Of a DNA stretch of 64,000 nt, positions 59,460-64,000 are shown in pieces. Position numbers and translations under genes: made by a program. Numbering within the stretch: position 1 is the stretch's first letter; every line of letters starts with the position of its first letter. The notes beneath the pieces were generated by a model. It was not told the DNA's origin. It saw only the letters and a program-made list of their open reading frames with translations, and did not search any database. Source of the stretch: Dehalococcoidia bacterium (GTDB taxonomy: Bacteria; Chloroflexota; Dehalococcoidia; Lucifugimonadales; QGNO01); assembly GCA_034422935.1 (NCBI GenBank), contig DAOUJH010000010.1, positions 118,820-182,819 of the forward strand, given 5' to 3'.

Positions 59460-61121
59460 CTACACCTCCACCGGAACAGGGATCACCAGTGGCCGGAGTC
59501 TTGTCTCCTCATAGAGAAAACTCCCCACTGAGTCCTTTACCTGCGTTGTGATGGCCCCTAAGTCAAGGTGCTTATCACCGTTGATCCCGTTCACCGCTTG
59601 AAGCGCGGTCTCGGCGGTGCGAGCCATCAGATCGGGGAAGTCCTCCATGTCCACAAACCCGCTGGAAACCGCCTCCGGTCGGCCCAGGACACGTCTGGTG
59701 GCCTTGTCTACGGCTAGGGTTACAACCACCATGCCGTCGCGAGACAATGTCCGGCGGTCTCTGAGAACCAGGCTCTTCATATCCCAAAGCTGCAAGCCGT
59801 CTACGTAGATGTGGCCGGCGGTCACCGTTCCCGCAATGCGCCCTGCCTCCTTGGTTAGCTCCAAGACGTTCCCGTCTTCCAGCACAAAGGCATTTTCAGG
59901 CTGAACACCCACTTCCAGAGCAATGTCGCGGTGGGCCACCAGGTGACGGAACTCACCGTGGATGGGAACAAAGAACTTGGGACGGGTGATGTTCAGCATG
60001 AGCTTCAACTCTTCCCGACTGGCATGGCCGTGAACGTGTACCAGGGCCACCTTGTCGTAGAGGACACGCGCTCCCTGACGATAGAGATTACTTATTGTGC
60101 GGCTGACGACAAGCTCGTTGCCCGGGATGGGCGTTGCCGAAATCACTACCGTATCGCCCGGCATCACTTTGATGTCGCGATGGTCCCCATTGGCGATGCG
60201 CACCAGCGCCGACGTCGGTTCACCCTGGCTGCCAGTGGCGATGATAACCGTTTCTTCCGGCGGCAGTTTGCTCAAGGCCTGGAGAGACACCAAGATTCCG
60301 GCCGGGTCACTCAAATAGCCCAAGTCCATGGCCATCTTGACATTGTTCACCATGCTGCGACCCACTACGGCCATCTTCCTGCCGTGCCTAGCACAGGCAT
60401 CTATCACTTGCTGAATCCGTGTGATGAGAGAGGCAAAGGTGGCAATCATTACCCGACCCTCGGCCTGTTGGATGGCGCGGTCAAGAGCTTCTCCCACCAC
60501 CATTTCTGACGGGGTATAGCCCTGAGTGTCGGCATACGTGGAGTCTGAAAGGAGAAGAAAAGCGCCGCCCTTGCACTGCTCGGCCAGATTGGCCAAGTCT
60601 GTTGGTTTCCCATCCGCGGGGGTATGGTCTATCTTGAAATCGCCCGTATGGACAACCAGCCCCAGAGGCGTCTTGATGGCCAGTCCCATGGCGTCCGGAA
60701 TGCTGTGGCAGACCCTGAAAAACCGCACCTGAAACGCTCCTGCCTTGAACTGCTGGTCCGGAATTATCTCATGGAGGGAGGCCTCTTTCAGGATCTTGTG
60801 CTCCTTAAGCTTCACCGAGATAAGGCCGTAGGCCAAACGAGGAGCGTAAACAGGTACGTTCAACTCGCGGAGAACGTACGGTAACGCGCCGGTGTGGTCT
60901 TCGTGCCCGTGGGTGATGAAGATTCCGCGGATGCGTTTCTTGTTTTCAACCAGGTAGGAGATGTTGGGTATTACCAGATCTATTCCCAGCATGTCCTCTT
61001 CAGGGAAGAGAACACCGGCATCAATGACAATGATGTCGTTGCCGTACTCCAAGGCCATCATGTTCTTGCCTATCTCTCCCAATCCACCGAGGGGTATGAT
61101 TCTGAGGGGTTGTTTTCCCAT
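59460..61121 (-). CDS. rnj: Ribonuclease J
   Basis: PLGG.GEIGKNM, THGHEDH.G, HTGDFK.D, GSQGEP, HVHGHA, P.HGE.RHL. Confidence 0.96.
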   Translation of the reverse strand: MGKQPLRIIPLGGLGEIGKNMMALEYGNDIIVIDAGVLFPEEDMLGIDLVIPNISYLVENKKRIRGIFITHGHEDHTGALPYVLRELNVPVYAPRLAYGLISVKLKEHKILKEASLHEIIPDQQFKAGAFQVRFFRVCHSIPDAMGLAIKTPLGLVVHTGDFKIDHTPADGKPTDLANLAEQCKGGAFLLLSDSTYADTQGYTPSEMVVGEALDRAIQQAEGRVMIATFASLITRIQQVIDACARHGRKMAVVGRSMVNNVKMAMDLGYLSDPAGILVSLQALSKLPPEETVIIATGSQGEPTSALVRIANGDHRDIKVMPGDTVVISATPIPGNELVVSRTISNLYRQGARVLYDKVALVHVHGHASREELKLMLNITRPKFFVPIHGEFRHLVAHRDIALEVGVQPENAFVLEDGNVLELTKEAGRIAGTVTAGHIYVDGLQLWDMKSLVLRDRRTLSRDGMVVVTLAVDKATRRVLGRPEAVSSGFVDMEDFPDLMARTAETALQAVNGINGDKHLDLGAITTQVKDSVGSFLYEETRLRPLVIPVPVEV

Positions 61122-61129
61122 TCTAAACT

Positions 61130-61732
61130 CTACTGGAACATGGAAATTTGCTTGGCCTGGGGTTCCTCCGGTTTTTCCATGGGGAGGTCTCCTTGCAGCA
61201 GAGAGGGTATTGCCTGGAAATCTTGCTCTAGGATGGTGCGCAATGTGTGCTGGCGCAATGCAGCCGCCGGATGATAGATAGGATATATTATCAAATCCCC
61301 CATTTGGCGCGGCTTGCCATGGGTCTTGCCAATGGTCTCTCCCGGTAGAAACTTGCCTAGTGAGTGACGTCCTAACGTGACTATCACCCTGGGCTGTATC
61401 AGCTTTATCTGGACGTCAAGGTACTTGCTGCAAGCCCGGATTTCCCCGGGGAAGGGGTCACGGTTATTGGGGGGTCGGCACTTGACCATGTTTGTGATGT
61501 ATACATCATCTCTACTGAAGCCTATGGAAGCCAGCAACTCTTCTAGATACCGTCCAGCCTGGCCTACAAACGGCACTCCTTGCTGGTCTTCGTTGTAGCC
61601 TGGCCCCTCTCCTATGAACATCAAGTCGGCATCTTTCGGCCCCTCACCAGGGACAGCCCTAGTGCGATGTTGTGACAGGTTGCAGTCCATGCAACTGCTT
61701 ATCTGACCGGCTAGTTGTTGTAGTTCCGACAT
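61130..61732 (-). CDS. Uracil-DNA glycosylase family 4 (4Fe-4S)
   Basis: C..C.L, V.GEG, FIGEGPG.NED.QG.PFVG.AG, KCRPP.NR.P, YHPAA.LR. Confidence 0.93.
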   Translation of the reverse strand: MSELQQLAGQISSCMDCNLSQHRTRAVPGEGPKDADLMFIGEGPGYNEDQQGVPFVGQAGRYLEELLASIGFSRDDVYITNMVKCRPPNNRDPFPGEIRACSKYLDVQIKLIQPRVIVTLGRHSLGKFLPGETIGKTHGKPRQMGDLIIYPIYHPAAALRQHTLRTILEQDFQAIPSLLQGDLPMEKPEEPQAKQISMFQ

Positions 61733-61869
61733 ATATCTTGGTGAGTTCTAATCCCCTTCCAACACGTTAATTATAAATCATCTGGGAATAGTGCTAGCAT
61801 TTACCTAAGACTAAGGGCAGTCCTCTGCCTAAACAAAGCCTTGCCAACATACCGTAAACACCGGGCCAG

Positions 61870-62130
61870 TTAACTGTCTGTGATACCCTTGCCCTTGAGG
61901 TAGTCAACCGCATCCGCAACAGTATTGATGTTCTCCGCATCCTCATCCGGGATCTCTATGGCTTCACCGTCTTGAGAAAACTCTTCTTCAAACGCCATGA
62001 TGAGCTCGACCAAGTCAAGCGAATCGGCGTTGAGGTCGTTGGTAAACGATGCCTCCGGTTTCACGTCGGCTTCGTCAACTCCGAGTTTGTCGACAACCAA
62101 CTTTTGCACGCGCTCAAATACTGCTGCCAT
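61870..62130 (-). CDS. acpP: Acyl carrier protein
   Basis: DL.ADSLD.VEL.MA.EEEF, IPDEDAE.I.TV. Confidence 0.97.
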   Translation of the reverse strand: MAAVFERVQKLVVDKLGVDEADVKPEASFTNDLNADSLDLVELIMAFEEEFSQDGEAIEIPDEDAENINTVADAVDYLKGKGITDS

Positions 62131-62175
62131 TATTGTGTCTCCTTCAAATAGTTGTTTGGGAATCAGTACTGGCTA

Positions 62176-62598
62176 TTATGACATGGATTCCGCAACAGCA
62201 CCCAGTACACCGTTTATAAAACGAGGCGAACCCTCTCCACCAAACCGCTTGGCCAGCTCTACCGCCTCATTTATAGCTACTTGAAGCGGCACTTCCTTTC
62301 CACGCTTAACCTCGTATATGGCTATCCTCAATATATTGCGGTCCACGGGTGATAGCTGCTCCACAGGCCAGCTCTGAGCATAGCGCTGGATCTCAACGTC
62401 CAGATCGTCTCTTTGTGCTATTACCTCTTCGGCAAGGTGGTATATGAAGGAACTGCTGCTCTCGTCCAAACGAGCCTGCTCAGTGACCCAGCCAAGGCTC
62501 TCCTCAATGGAATGACCGACCGTATCCACCTCGTAGAGGACTTGTAACAGCGCCCGGCGCGCCTTGCGGCGCATAGAACGCTTCCCACTGCCGTTCAT
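62176..62598 (-). CDS. nusB: Transcription antitermination factor NusB (start uncertain: 62598 or 62574)
   Basis: R.KAR..LLQ.LYE, W..E.L..VDR.ILR.A.YE, VAINEAVELAK.FG...S..FINGVL. Confidence 0.95.
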   Translation of the reverse strand: MNGSGKRSMRRKARRALLQVLYEVDTVGHSIEESLGWVTEQARLDESSSSFIYHLAEEVIAQRDDLDVEIQRYAQSWPVEQLSPVDRNILRIAIYEVKRGKEVPLQVAINEAVELAKRFGGEGSPRFINGVLGAVAESMS

Positions 62599-62638
62599 GC
62601 GCGTCCTATTGGCAAGCTCCGACCTATCAGGACCAAGG

Positions 62639-63619
62639 CTACTCTTTGTGGCCGTTGGCAACCAGTTCCCTTACCGATGAGATGTCGTGAACTGCCTTGA
62701 CGCTGGCATCGCTGGCGATGCGCTTCATCATGTTGGTGAGCACCTGGCCGGGGCCGAACTCAATGAATTCGCCCACTCCAGATTGCACCATGTAGTTTAT
62801 AGAGTCCTGCCAGCGTACACAGCCGCAGAGTTGTTGGGCTAGCTCCTCTTTGATTTCCCAAGAAGCGCTCAATGGTTTGGCGGTGCAGTTGGCAATCACA
62901 GGCGTAACGGGATTGCGGAAGTTTACGGAATCTAGCGCCTTTTGCATACCTTCCATAGCCGACCCCATGAGGTAGGAATGGAAGGCGCCCCTAACCTTGA
63001 GAGGTATGCTTCTCTTGGCGCCCCTTTCCGCCGCCAGTTCTATAGCCCTATCCACGGCCTCCTTTTCGCCGCTTATAACTATCTGGCCGGGGGTGTTGAT
63101 GTTGGCTACCTGTGCACCGGTTTCCCGGCAGATCTCTTCAACAATATGCTCTTCCAGGCCAAGAACGGCGGCCATGGTGCCGGAATGGTCTTTACAGGCT
63201 TCCTGCATCAACCGGCCCCGCTCACGCACCAACTGCACGGCCTCCATCAGATCAATGACACCGGAGGCAACCAGCGCGGTATACTCGCCCAAGCTGTGTC
63301 CTGCCATGAAGATTACGTCGTGATCAAGATTACCGCCCGCTTGCTCCCTGGCCGCGGATAGGCTGGCCAAACTGACGGTCAGTATGGCCGGCTGCGAATT
63401 GTCCGTCCTGTTGAGCTCCTCAGCAGGACCTTCGAACATCAGGCTTGACAGAGAGCTTTCCAGTGCTTCGTCAGCGATACGGAAGACGTCTCTGGCCGCC
63501 GGCGAATTCTCGTAGAGGCTGAGCCCCATGCCAACCTCCTGAGAACCCTGCCCCGGAAATAGAAACGCAGACTTCCTGCCGTTCTTGCCATTTTTTCCGT
63601 TTTTACTTGATAGAGCCAC
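62639..63619 (-). CDS. fabD: Malonyl-CoA:ACP transacylase
   Basis: FLFPGQGSQ.VGMG, QPAIL, AGHSLGEY, AN.N.PGQ.VISG, AFHS.LM, EFGPG.VL. Confidence 0.96.
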   Translation of the reverse strand: MALSSKNGKNGKNGRKSAFLFPGQGSQEVGMGLSLYENSPAARDVFRIADEALESSLSSLMFEGPAEELNRTDNSQPAILTVSLASLSAAREQAGGNLDHDVIFMAGHSLGEYTALVASGVIDLMEAVQLVRERGRLMQEACKDHSGTMAAVLGLEEHIVEEICRETGAQVANINTPGQIVISGEKEAVDRAIELAAERGAKRSIPLKVRGAFHSYLMGSAMEGMQKALDSVNFRNPVTPVIANCTAKPLSASWEIKEELAQQLCGCVRWQDSINYMVQSGVGEFIEFGPGQVLTNMMKRIASDASVKAVHDISSVRELVANGHKE

Positions 63620-63670
63620 AATTTGCCCCTTAATGCCCGGGTTTGATATGAGAGGTCTAACTAGCTACAC

Positions 63671-63868
63671 TCACTCTTCAACTTCCGAACCCGCCGACGA
63701 GATTACCTCTCTGCCGGCATAATATCCGCAAATGTGACATACCCGGTGAGAGCGCGTTGGCTTTCTGCACTGCGGGCATACCGAAAGGTTAACCGGCTTG
63801 AGACCGGAGTGACTCCACCGCTTACCCTTCTTAGATTGTGTTCTTTTCTTCTTTGGTAGTGCAGCCAT
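63671..63868 (-). CDS. rpmF: 50S ribosomal protein L32 (Zn-binding)
   Basis: LPKKK.T.SK...R.SH, CPQC...SHRVC..CGYY.GR.V. Confidence 0.95.
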   Translation of the reverse strand: MAALPKKKRTQSKKGKRWSHSGLKPVNLSVCPQCRKPTRSHRVCHICGYYAGREVISSAGSEVEE

Positions 63869-63890
63869 ATATCACTTCATGGATGGACGA

Positions 63891-64000
63891 TTACGGCGCC
63901 AACTCAAGCAATGGCGCCCAACGGGGGTCCAACTCCTTTCTTTCACAAATGCACCCTGAGTTCAGATTCATGCCACAGGAAGAGCACAGGCCGGCGCAAT
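63891..64000 (-). CDS. 3' end of DUF177/YceD family protein (partial)
   Basis: Translated by hand: CAGLCSSCGMNLNSGCICERKELDPRWAPLLELAP*; upstream of rpmF as usual. Confidence 0.85.
   Translation of the reverse strand, partial: CAGLCSSCGMNLNSGCICERKELDPRWAPLLELAP

Overview
64-kb window of a high-GC bacterial chromosome. Gene order and content suggest Chloroflexota, class Dehalococcoidia, possibly SAR202-like (inference, not a database result). Most of it is housekeeping: argF 3' end-der-plsY-gpsA; hrcA-dnaJ-prmA; a SAM-I riboswitch-led mtnA-mtnP-rhodanese-orphan-ahcY-metK-pgm operon; the complete str/S10/spc/alpha ribosomal superoperon (28.0-49.1 kb, minus strand, no tuf); tRNA-Val(GAC); proS; sufT-mrp; ftsK-rnj-udg; acpP-nusB-fabD-rpmF-DUF177. 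An accessory block at about 7-21 kb holds a collagen-stalked triple-Cache lipoprotein, hpnCDE, a circularly permuted ATP-grasp/alpha-E/transglutaminase operon beside a type II glutamine synthetase, a GOLPH3/GPP34 gene, a STAS protein, a Fur-family regulator with its box and an orphan ZnuA-like lipoprotein, and a clade-D beta-carbonic anhydrase. No CRISPR array, transposase, integrase or rRNA was found. The most unusual signals are (i) long acidic low-complexity tails on many ribosomal proteins at once, plus an orphan basic protein sharing tail motifs; (ii) the collagen-triple-Cache lipoprotein with an out-of-register 387-bp duplication; (iii) an Mrp/ApbC ATPase lacking the cluster-binding CxxC; and (iv) the ATP-grasp/alpha-E/transglutaminase system without Anbu but next to GSII. 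All family assignments come from reading motifs by eye; no searches were run.
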